44,661 nt of DNA from Malacoraja senta (taxonomy: Eukaryota): the NCBI GenBank assembly GCA_038087875.1, contig JAXLNO010000364.1, forward strand, positions 310,001 to 354,661, written 5' to 3'. Positions 11,995 through 22,589 of the stretch are shown here, in pieces. Position 1 is the first letter of the stretch, and each line of letters begins with the position of its first letter. The position numbers and the translations under genes were made by a program. The notes beneath the pieces are model-generated. The model had not been told where the DNA came from, ran no database searches, and was given only the letters and a program-made list of their open reading frames with translations.

Positions 11995-12594
11995 TGTCAG
12001 GGTTAAACAGACTGTGAGCTGAAATGGAGTTTCAGCTAAATTAGCAGCATCACATATCAAACCCTGCTTAGGTAAACAAGTAGATGTTTTCGAAGATTGC
12101 TTGGGCTAATTTAAAGGCCCAGTAGATCATGAGGTCACTGAGATCAGCTTTGCTTTCCCAGAGACATTCGAGACTAACTCAGTGTCTGATAGGACACAAA
12201 ACTCACGCCATTATGGTATCAAGGAGGATAGCTTGCTTGACAAAAAATCACCTGTTGTTCTTAGAGATACAATTATAATATAAATACATGCTTCTTCCAT
12301 GAGAGCATGAGCTTCATCTTTGGGGAGAGAAAAGAGCATCACCAAGGAGAGAGAGAGAGAGAGTGAGGGAAAGCTTGGACGCTGGTATGTGGCGGAGCCA
12401 GCCAGTGCAGACAGGAGACTCGAAATACGCAGAGGGGCTTAATAGTTATTTAGTACATTTTTTTCAACTGATAGTTGATAGTTTTTCTGTGCTTTACTTG
12501 TGTTTGCTTTAATAAATAGTTATTTATGTTCTTCACCATGTGCTTCCTCCATTCATTGCTCTGAATCCTTGAATCGTGCATATATTTCATTACA
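11995..12594 (+). mobile_element. Possible solo LTR (600 bp)
   Basis: TGT...ACA termini, internal TATAAA (~12279) and AATAAA (12511). No TSD seen. Confidence 0.3.
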
Positions 12595-12924
12595 AGAGTC
12601 AAGAGTGTTTTACAATAGAAATTAGACAAAAGATGGAGTAGGCCATTCGGCCCTTTGAGCCAGCACTGCCATTAAATGTAATCATGACTGATCATCCACA
12701 AGTACCCCATTCCTGCCTTCTCTCCATATCCCTTAACTCCGCTATCCCTAAGAGCTCTATGTAACTCAATGTCAACTCAATCGAACTCATATGTCTCGAT
12801 TCATATTTGCAGCAGCACACAGGTCTGTAAAAACCACAACAACAAAAATAGGCATATGATGGGTTGCACCACAGCTTGATTTGGGAACAGCTCTGCCCAA
12901 GCCACAAGTAAGTGAAGAGAAAAT

Positions 12925-13645
12925 GTGTAGAAAAGATTTGTGGATGCTGGTTTAGACACAGTGCTGGAGTAATTCAGTCAGTCATGCAGCATCTCTGGAG
13001 AAAAAAGGATGGGTGAGGAAAAGGCCTTTTCTTGCCTCCAGTTCGCTCCCCTCTACTTTCAGTCTGAGGAAGGGGCCCAATCCGAAACATCACCCATCCA
13101 TTATCTTCAGAGATGCTGCCTGATACACTGAGTTCATAGGTTCTAGGAGCAGAATCAGGCCATTTGGCACATCAAGTTACCCTGCAATTCAATCATGGCT
13201 GATCTAATTTTCCCTGTCAACCCTATTCTGCTGCCTTCTCTCGATCTCATGACTAATAATATGTACTATCTTTCTAAGCAAGAATCTGTCAATCTCCGCC
13301 TCAAAAATATATATTGACTTGGCCACCACAGCCATCTGTGACAATGAATTTTCCACAGTTTCACCACCCTCTGACAAAATAAATTCATCCTTATCTGCTT
13401 TCTAAGTGTACATCCTTTATTTCTGCGGCTGTTTTCCTAGACTCTCCCACTAGTAGAGGCATCCTCTCCGCATCCACACGATCCAGGCCTTTCACTTTTA
13501 TGTGCATTTCAATGAGATCCCCCTCATCATTCTAAACTCCAGCGAGTACAGGTCCAGTGGCGTCAAACACTCATCATATGTTAACCCAGTCATTCCTGGT
13601 TTGCCCGAACCACTGAGTTACTCCAGCACTTTGTGCCTATCTTCA
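12925..13645 (+). mobile_element. Older Penelope-derived inverted-repeat element with degenerate hammerhead, split by CR1
   Basis: gcagcatctctggagaaaaaaggatgggtga and tcacccatccattatcttcagagatgctgc are inverted arms around ctgagga-aggggcccaatcc-gaaac (13064-13088). The right arm resumes at 13611. Confidence 0.65.
13135..13610 (-). mobile_element. CR1 LINE 3' fragment with 9-bp TSD
   Basis: cactgagtt at 13126-13134 and 13611-13619 flanks a CR1 3' end. Confidence 0.8.
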
Positions 13646-13659
13646 GAAATTGCAGAGTC

Positions 13660-14107
13660 ATCAGTCATAAGGTCATAAGTTGATAATTAATAGGAGTAGA
13701 ATAAGGCCATTCGCCCGTCAAGTCTACTCCGCCATTCAATCTTGGGTGATCTATCTCTCCCTCCTAACCCCATTCACCTGCCTTTTCCCCATAACCTCTG
13801 ACACCTGTACCAATTAAATATCTATTTATTTCTGCCATAAAAGTATCCACTGACTTGGCCTGCACAGCCTTCTGTGGCAAAGAATTCCACAGTTTCACCA
13901 GCCTCTGACTAAATAAATTTCTTCTTATCTCTTTCTTAAAGGAACGTCTATTAATTCTGAGGCTATGACCTCTAGTCCTATACTCTCCAACTAGTGAAAA
14001 CATTGTCTCGACATCAACTCTATCCAAGACTTTCACCATTCTGTATGTTCAATGAAGCCCCCCTCATTTGCCTAAACTCCAATGAATACAGGCCAAGTGC
14101 CGACAAA
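13660..14107 (-). mobile_element. CR1 LINE 3' fragment
   Basis: Minus ORF 13764-14039 RTRGHSLRI...FSQRLVKLWNSLPQ and a (cataaggt)-type tail. Confidence 0.85.
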
Positions 14108-15164
14108 TCTATATCACTAAAAGTCTGATCTTGACCGTTTTTGGCTCGCTGTGCTGTGATTTCCGAGAGAACGCCGCCACCTACGGCCGTCATTTTTGGC
14201 TACCTCACTCAGAGCCCCCCTGCGCCTGCCTGGACTGGAGGATTATTCCCATCGATGAAAAATCAGAGATATATTAATGTTTTAAAAAATGTTGCCATTC
14301 TCTCTGCTGCCCCTGCTGGTGGTAGGAGGAGGGACTATAAAATCCGGAAGTGGTGTGCCTCACTCAGTCTCTGCAAGATGGAGGAAGCGAGAGGTTCACG
14401 TCTCTCTGAGCTCTGAATAACACTGAACACGTCTACTCAACTGTGAGTGCCCTTAATGTGGGTTGAAAATGAAAATATGGTTGGTTTGATGTAAAAAGGC
14501 ACTGCAAATGGTTGTTTGGGGGGGGGGGGTTTGGGGAATTAAAAAGGCAGTGCAAATGGTTGTTTGGGGGGGTTTGGGTTGAAGTAAAAAGGCAGTGCAA
14601 ATGGTTGTTTGGGGGGGGGGTTTGGGTTGAAGTAAAAATACAGTGCAAATGGTTGTTTGGGGGGGTGGTTGGGATGAAGTAAAAAGACAGTGCAAATGGT
14701 TGTTTGGGGGGGGTGTTTGGGTTGAAGTAAAAAGGCAGTGCAAATGGTTGTTTGGGGGGGTTTTGGGTTGAAGTAAAAAACCACTGCAAATGGTTGGGTG
14801 ACATTTTTACTTCAACCCAAAAAATCCCCAAACAACCATTTGCACTGCCTTTTTACTTCAACCCCCAAACCCCCCAAACAACCATTTGCACTGCCTTTTT
14901 ACTTCAACCCAACCCCCCCCCCAACAACCATTTGCACTGCCTTTTTACTTCAACCCAACCTCCCCCCCAAACAACCATTTGCACTGCCATTTTACTTCAA
15001 CCCAAAACCCCCCCAAACAACCATTTGCACTGCCTTTTTACTTCAACTCAAAACCCCCCAAACAACCATTTGCACTGCCTTTTTACTTCCACCCCAAAAA
15101 ACCCCAAACAACCATTTGCACTGCCTTTTTACTTCAACCCAACCCCCCCCCCCCAAACAACCAT
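14108..15164 (+). mobile_element. Putative non-autonomous Helitron (5' end only) carrying a minisatellite
   Basis: Interrupts CR1 abruptly after an A with TCTATATCACTAAAAG, which resembles Helitron 5' ends. No CTRR/hairpin 3' end is visible. Confidence 0.5.
14490..15164. repeat. Head-to-head (palindromic) ~45-48 bp minisatellite
   Basis: Seven units of gggttgaagtaaaaaggcagtgcaaatggttgttt(g)n (tgcaaatgg at 14503, 14551, 14596, 14644, 14691, 14739, 14785), then 7 full plus 1 partial reverse-complement units from ~14803. Confidence 0.95.
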
Positions 15165-15590
15165 CGCATCGACCAGCGATCCCCGCATATTAACACTATC
15201 CTTCACACACTATAGACAATTTATTACATTTAGGCAAAGCCAATCAACCTACAAACCCATGCGTGTTATGAGTGTGGGAGGAAACCGAAGATCTCGTAGA
15301 AAAACAACGCGGTCACGGGGAGAACGTACAAACTCTGTACAGACAGCATCCGTAGTCGAGATCGAACCCGGATCTCCGGAAGCGCTAGAAAGCAGCAACT
15401 CTACCGTTGCGCCACCGTGCCTCCGATGACCAATTAACCCACACACCCGCAAGTCTTTGGGATGTAAGAGGGAACCAGAGCATCCAGTGGAAACCCACGC
15501 GATCACAAGATATGTGCAAACTCCGCACAGACAGCGGCCAAGTAGCCTGTTTCCACGCTGAATCGCTAAACCAAACTAAAGTCAAGTCGA
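15165..15590 (-). mobile_element. V-SINE (HE1-like) copy plus an adjacent partial copy
   Basis: Reverse complement of ggcacggtggcgcaacggtagagttgctgc...gggttcgatc...ggagtttgtacgttctccccgtg-like sequence. Confidence 0.8.
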
Positions 15591-15869
15591 ATCATCTGCC
15601 TTTACCACCATCTCCAGCAGCGCATTCCAGGAACCCTCCTTCCTATATGTTAAATACTCGCTCCATGCATTTTCTTTAAACATTAAATTTCAACATTAAT
15701 CTGTGCCCTCTGGTATTTGATATTTCCATCCCGGGAAAAAGCTGTGTCTATCCTCTCATAAGTTGATAGACTTCTATCAGGTTTTCCCTCAATCTCTGGT
15801 ATTCCAGTGAAAACTATCCAAGTCTGTCCATCCTCTCCCTGTAGCTAATACTCCCTAATCCAGACATCC

Positions 15870-16185
15870 CAGTGAGGGAGAGGGCTGGTGAGGAGAGAGA
15901 GGGAGGGGTGGGAATGAGAGGGACGAGGAGTTTGGATGGGTGGATTGAGGGGGGAGGAGAGGAATGGTGCAGAGAGAGAGGGGTGGATGGGTGAAGTGTG
16001 GAAGGAGGAGTGTGGAGGAATGGATTGAGGGAGGCAGTGGAGGAAAGAGGATAAAAGGAAATCAGAAATGGGGATGGGAGGCACGGAGGAGGATAGGGTG
16101 ACTGAAGAAAGGTCTCGACCCAAAACTACCCCCCACAGATGCTGCCCGACATGCTGCGCCTTTCCAGTTCTTTGTGTTGCGCTTT
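15870..16185 (+). repeat. G/A-rich tract followed by a Penelope terminal-repeat/hammerhead remnant
   Basis: Purine-rich 15870-16100, then ctgaagaaaggtctcgacccaaaac (16102-16126) and cagatgctgccc. Confidence 0.7.
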
Positions 16186-16274
16186 GTAACACAAAAATAA
16201 TACGTACAAACTCTATACAGACAGCACCCGTAGTTAGGAAGCAACTCTACCGCTGCGCCACCATGCCGGCACTT

Positions 16275-16670
16275 GCCATCTGAGGCAATGAATTCCACAG
16301 ATTCACCACTGACCAAATAAATTCATTCTCGTCTACTTTCTAAAGGCATGTCCTTTTATTCTGAAGATATGGACTCTGGACCTTGACTCTCCCACTGATG
16401 GAAACGCTCGCTCCACATTCACTCTATCCAGGCCTTTGACGATTAGGTAGGTTTCAATTAGGTTCCCCCTCATCCTTCTAAGCTGCAGGGAGTACAGTTC
16501 AAGAGCCTTCAAACGCCCATCATAGGTTAACCCACTCCTTCCTAGGATCATTCTCATAAACCTCATCTGGACCCCCTCTAACGCCAACACTTCCTTCCTC
16601 AGATATGGTTCCCAAAACTGTTTACAATACTCGAAATGCGATGTGACCATGCCTTATAGAGCCTCAGCAT
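16275..16670 (-). mobile_element. CR1 LINE fragment
   Basis: Minus ORF 16333-16650 HFEYCKQFWEPYLRK...LYSLQLRRMRG. Confidence 0.85.
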
Positions 16671-16699
16671 ATTTATTCATATTTATTATCAAGGTTTCT

Positions 16700-17305
16700 G
16701 CTTGTTCATGTTTCATCGAATTAATTTCCACACACCTCGACTCCATCTATCCCCCCTGGTCCAATCCCTCGCTACCTATGTCCAAGACACCTCACACGCA
16801 CTTCGTCTCTTCAATGACTTCCGTTTTCCAGTCGCCCACTCCCGCATTTTTAGCATGGAAAACAAAAGTGATAGTCTGGCGGTGGCGCGCTGACCTCTAC
16901 GGGGCTGAGGCCAGGGGACAAATCTCAGATAGCTCTTGCTACTGATCCTTGGACCATGACCCCAGAGACGAGCACCATAGGCGAGCACCAGACCTTAATA
17001 TCACACACTATTTCTGCTTGTATTACTTCCGGCTCTGTGTCCTCTAAAGCCTCCAACCTTATCGTTCCCCAGCCCCGCACGGCCCGATTTTATCTTCAAC
17101 CCAATATCCTCAAACAGAACTGTCCTGCAGACCCATTGTCTCTGCATGTTCATGTCCCACCGAATTAATTACCACATACCTCGACTCCATCCTATCCACC
17201 CTGGTCCAACCCCTCCCTACCTATGACCAAGACACGTCACACGCTAATCATCTCTTCAATGACTTCCGTTTTCCAGGACCCCACTCCCTCATCTTTACCA
17301 TGGAA
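16700..17305 (+). mobile_element. Penelope-like reverse transcriptase fragments (frameshifted, partly duplicated)
   Basis: PLVQSLATYVQDTSHALRLFNDFRF, WRADLYGAEARGQISD and PQPRTARFYLQPNILK motifs. 16718-16860 is repeated at 17162-17305. Confidence 0.8.
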
Positions 17306-17739
17306 AAAATATCCCTCCGACTCAGCATTACAGCCCTGGTTTTGTATTGTTGCATTCTCCTTCCTTACTAACGATTCAATTTGCAAATTCTGCACCTACA
17401 ACGGCCTGATGGTGCACCACCACCATCCCCAGAGGGGCGTGTGTGGGCACAATGTACCTCCATTCTGGCCGGTCGCTTCCTGCCGCATTCTTTATATGTC
17501 CATGCCGTCCAACTTAGTCATCCAGTCTTACAGCGTGGAAACAGGCCCTTTGGCCCAACTTACCCACACCGGCCAAAAAGTTCCATCTTCACAAGACCTA
17601 CTTGCCTGCATTTGGCCCATATCCCTCGAAACCTGTCCTATCCATGTACCTGTCCAAATGTTTCTTAAATGTTGCGATAATACCTGCCTCAACTATCTCC
17701 TCTGGCAGCTCGTTCCATACAGCTACGGGCAGATGGATG

Positions 17740-18285
17740 ACAGGAAACTGCTGATGCTGGAAGCATCATCAAATCACAAAGTGTTGGAGTAACTTGGCGG
17801 GTCAGGCAGCATCTCTGGATCGAATGGAAAGGCAACATTTTAGTTCGGCATCCTTCCCCGGACTGATTAGAGTAGGGAGGAAGCACAAAGAACTGCAGAT
17901 GCTGGTTGATAAAAAAAAAACGTATGGTAATGGAGTTACTCCGCGGGGCAGGTAGCATCTCTGAAGGGAATGCACAGACGAGGTCATAAGCTCATAAGTG
18001 ATAGGAGCAGAATTAGGCCACTCGGCTTATCAAGTTTATTCCGCCATTCAATCAGGGCGGATCTCTCTCTCTCTCCTAACCCCAAGGTGTTGGGTCGCGA
18101 TTCTTCAGACTTATTGTAGTGAGGGGGTCGGGAGACGCTGGAAAAGAGAGGTTGGGGCAGGACAAAGCTGGATCAAAGTGATAGGTGGATACAGGTGAGG
18201 AGGTGCGGGGTTTGATTGCAAGATGGATGAAGTGACAAAGACTTGTGATGAAAAGGTGACAAAAGGATGTCAGATAAGGAGCCAA
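17740..18285 (-). mobile_element. Penelope-like terminal-repeat fragments
   Basis: ggagtaacttggcgggtcaggcagcatctctgg blocks and reverse hammerhead remnants near 17830-17865 and 18085-18112. Confidence 0.6.
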
Positions 18286-18960
18286 GACATTACCATTTCA
18301 TTCGGATCCACCAGAGCATGGTTTAAGAAATAGCCCCATCCATGACGGCAAGATATTGCAAAGTTTTGGATACAGCGCAGACCATCATGCAACCAACCTC
18401 CCGCCCATTGACTCCATCTACACTTCATGCTGCCTCGGTAATGCCACCAGTGAACTGAATGAGTCTCGTCCTTCATTATGCTGGTGCCCTTGCCGAGGCA
18501 GCGTAGAGTGCAGATGGAGTCAATAGAAGGCAGGTTACTGTGTGTGATGGTCTGTGTGTGCGTCCACAATTATTTGCAATCCCTTACGGTCTTGGATGGA
18601 GCTATTTCCAAACCATATCGTGATACATCCCGATAAAATACTTTCTACGGCGTATCTGTAGATGTTGATGAGAGTTGTTCAGCACATGCCGAACCTCCTA
18701 AGCCTTCTAAGGAAGTAGAGGCTTTGGTGTGTTTTATTTGCCATTGCTTCGATATGGCTGGTCCATGGCAGGTTACTGGTGATATTTAATCCTTGGAGCT
18801 TTCAACGACCTCTAATTCGATGTCATTAATGTATACTGGGGTATGTGTACCGCTTCGTTTCCTGCGGTGGATCACTATCTCCTTTGTGTTGCCGACATGG
18901 AGAGAAAGGCTGTTGTCTTGACACCTGCTTACGCGGTTCGCAATCTCCTTCCAGTGCTCC
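18285..18960. mobile_element. Two degenerate Rex1/Babar fragments, tail to tail
   Basis: Minus strand gives TITHSNLPSIDSICTLRCLGK and LHVGNTKEIVI...INDIELEVVES. A plus-strand homologous piece lies at ~18290-18450. Confidence 0.65.
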
Positions 18961-19573
18961 GTCCCGCATTGAATTACATTCGAATTACCTAAGCACAACT
19001 CAAATGGTTCTCTGCTTCCTAATCGAATTGGTATTATAATAAGCAATTTGGCCAGCGTAATGTAAGTAGTATTTCCCGATTCATCAGAAGTTTCAGGCTG
19101 AAGAAGGGTACCGACACGAAGCGCCACATATTCCTTGTGTCAGGGATGCTGCCGGACCCGTTGAGTTACTCCAGCACTTTGTGTCTATCCTGAAACATCA
19201 CTCGCGTATTATCTAATTTAAACAGGTGCTATAGCGGAACCGCCTCTAGTACACATGGACAGGGACACTGGGACAGGATGACAACCATTAAAATATTCTT
19301 AAAACCATGTTACATTGTAGTTTTTTTGGTCGTTGCATCTCCTTAAAAAAACGAATGCTGGAATTCAGAGAATTGTCGCAGAAGCGGTCAGCAGCGCCGC
19401 CCGTGGCGAACGGAAGAACTGCGGCTGCTTCCTTTCATCCTGTTCGTCCTGTTTCCATTGATTATCCTTGAGATGTTTCTACAACTTGATTGGAGTCCAC
19501 CAGTGGTAAATTAAATTGATTGGACATGATTTGGAAAGTCGCACACTTGTTTATGTAAGGTCCCACAGTTGAC

Positions 19574-21581
19574 TTTATCAACTCCACCATCAACAGTGTC
19601 ACCACTCTCAAACGGATCACCACATTCCCGAATCAGAAGCCATGGATGAACAGCGAGGTCAGGCTACTGCTGAAAGCACGGGACACCGCTTTTAGGTCAA
19701 GCGATGCTCGTGCCTACAGTTCATCCAGGGCTAACCTGAAGAGGGGGCATCAAGAAGGCCAAGCATAGATATAAGCTTAGGATTGAGGAGCACTTCAACA
19801 ACAACTCCGACCCCCGACGCATGTGGCAAGGCATCCAGGCCATCACGGACTATAGATCCACCAACACCACCCCCACATCGAGCGACGCATCCTTCCTTGA
19901 GGAGCTCAACCACTTTTATGGCAGCTTTGACAGGGACAATCAAGAGATTGCCATCAAGGCTCTGCTCCCTGCTGATCACCAGCCCGTCACACTCACACCC
20001 TACGACGTGTATGTAGCACTGAGTAGGATTAATGCACGTAAGGCTGCTGGCCCTGACGGCATCCCCGGGCGCGTCCTCAGGACCTGTGCTGCGCAGCTGA
20101 CAGACGTCTGTGCTGACATCTTCAACCTGTCACTTGCCCAAGCAGTTGTCCCCACGTGCCTTAAAACCACCTCCATCGTGCCGGAGCCAAAACACTCCAC
20201 TGCGGCGAGCCTTAATGACTTCCGCCCAGTTGCACTTACTCCCATAATCACCAACTGCTTCGAGAGGATGGTCCTGGCACACCTCAAAGGCTGCCTACCT
20301 CCCACACTGGACCCCTATCAGTTTGCCTACCGCATGAACAGGAGTACGGAGGATGCCATCTCAACGGCACTCCACTCCGCCCTCTCCCACCTCGACAACA
20401 CAAACACCTACGTGAGAATGCTGTTCATCGACTATAATTCAGCATTCAACACTATTATCCCCTCAAAACTGATCACCAAACTCAGCGACCTGGGCATCAA
20501 CCCCTCCCTCTGCGACTGGTTACTGGACTTTCTAACTAACAGACCCCAGTCTGTTAGGTTGGACAACCACACCTCTTCAACCCTCACCCTGAACACCGGC
20601 GTTCCACAGGGTCTGTGTACTGAACCCCCTCTTCACCTACGACTGCACACCTGTACATGGTTCTAACACCATCATCAAGTATGCAGATGATACAACGGTG
20701 ATTGGCCTCATCAGCGACAACGATGAGTCGGCCTATAGGGAGGAGGTTCAGCTCCTAGCAGCATGGTGCGCTGATAACAACCTGGCCCTTAACTCCAAGA
20801 AGACCAAGGAGTTCATTGTGGACTACAGGAGGTCTAGGGGCTGCACGCACAACCCCATCCATATTAACGGGACGGAGGTGGAATGTGTTTCCAGCTTCAG
20901 GTTTCTGGGGGTCAACATCTCTGATGACCTCTGTTGGACCCACAATACATCAACACTGGTCAAGAAGGCTCACCAGCGTCTCTTCTTCCTGAGGAGACTA
21001 AAGAAGATCCATCTGTCTCCTCAGATTCTGGTGAACTTCTACCGCTGCATCATCGAGAGCATCCTTACCAACTGCATCACAGTATGGTATGGCAACTGCT
21101 CTGTCTCCGACCGGAAAGCACTGCAGAGGGTGGTGAAAACCGTCCAACGCATCACCGGTTCCTCACTCCCCTCCATTGAGTCTGTCCGAAGCAAGCGATG
21201 TCTGCGAAGGGCGCGCAGCATCGTCATCGACTGCTCTCACCCACAGCCACAGACTGTGTACCCTCCTCCCATCCGGGAGGCGCTACAAGTCCCTCCGCTG
21301 CCGAACCAGCAGGTTCAGGAACAGCTTCTTCCCTGCGGCTGTTACACGACTGAACTCTGCACCTCGGTGATTGCCAGTCACCCCGCCCCCCCCCCCCCCA
21401 CCCCGGACTCTCCTTCCGCCAGAAAAATTGCACTACTGATACTGCTGTATATATATATATTTTACTGCTCATTATTCCTAAGTTCGCTCTTCTGGGTGAG
21501 ATGCTAACTGCATTTCGTTGTCTCTGTACTGTACACTGCACAATGACAATTAAAGATTAAATTGAATTGAATTGAATTGAA
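19574..21581 (+). mobile_element. Rex1/Babar non-LTR retrotransposon, 5'-truncated, with about three frameshifts
   Basis: [54 protein letters not shown] and FYRCIIESILT motifs. (AATTG)n tail. TTGAC at 19569-19573 and 21582-21586. Confidence 0.92.
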
Positions 21582-22293
21582 TTGACAGCGCACGTCGGAG
21601 CAAAAACCATGCCATGAAGATGAAGGAATTGTCCGTAGACTTCCGAGACAGGATTTTGTCGAGAAACAGATCTGGGGACAGGTATAAAGCAATTTCTGCA
21701 GCAGTGCAGGTCTCGAAGAGCACAGTCCCTCCTTCATTCTTAAACGGAAGAACTTTGGAACCACCAGCACTCTTCAGAGAGCTGGCCGTCCGGCCAAACT
21801 GAGCAATCGGGGGAAAAGGGCAATGGTCAGGGAGGTGACCAAGAACCCGATGGTCACTCTAACAGAGATCCTGAGTTCCTCTGTGGAGATGGGAGAACCT
21901 ACCGGAAGGACAAGTATATCTCCGGCACTCCACCAATCAGGCCTTTATGGTCGAGTGGCCGGACGGAAGCCACTCCTCAGTAAAAGGCACATGACAGTCC
22001 GCTTGGAGTTTGTCAAAAGGGTTGTTTTCTCTTGTGCTTTGTCTGATGAAACCAAGATTGAACTCTTTGGCCTGAATGCCAAGCGTGACGCTTGGAGAAA
22101 ACAAGGCACCGCTCATCACCTGGCCAATCCATACTTACGGTGAAGCATGGTGGTGGCAGCATCATGCTGTGGGGATGTTTTTCAGCGGCATGAACTGCGA
22201 GACTAGTCAGGATCGAGGGAAAGATATACGGAGCAAAGTACAGAGAGATCCTTGATGAAAATTGCCCCAGAGCGCTCAGACTGGGGCGGAGGT

Positions 22294-22496
22294 TGTAGAT
22301 GAGATATGCATGTGCCTTTAACATAGTGACCTCACACCCACTAACCACTCCCCATATCACAAGTATAACTACAACCTCCACACCCACAGATCGCTCTCTA
22401 GTTCCTGTGACAGACCACGTACAGCTAGTGCAATGTATAATGTCCAGTATGAATAAAGATAGTAAAGTAACGATGCCTCATTATCAAACCTTTACA
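22294..22496 (+). repeat. 5' LTR
   Basis: TGTAGATG...TTTACA, identical by eye to 26832-27034. Contains TATAA and AATAAA. Confidence 0.97.
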
Positions 22497-22504
22497 TGGT
22501 GTCA
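22497..22504 (+). promoter_or_regulatory. Primer-binding site (tRNA-Leu-like)
   Basis: TGGTGTCA directly after the 5' LTR. The tRNA assignment rests on an 8-nt match only. Confidence 0.7.
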
Positions 22505-22589
22505 AATAACTTACCTTGCGCCTCCCGTTTATCGGTTTATCATTTAATTTTGACCCAGTTTTTTGTTTCCCCCTCTAACTGTTTTTGTT

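Noticed and set aside
14490..15164. CRISPR-like array (constant repeat with variable spacers)
   Set aside because: The variable parts are just G/C homopolymer length variants, the array inverts midway, there are no cas genes, and the context is vertebrate.
14433..15429. Repetitive ORFs (PPNNHLHCLFTST, KQPFALPFYFNP)
   Set aside because: These are translations of the minisatellite in several frames on both strands, with no coding signal.
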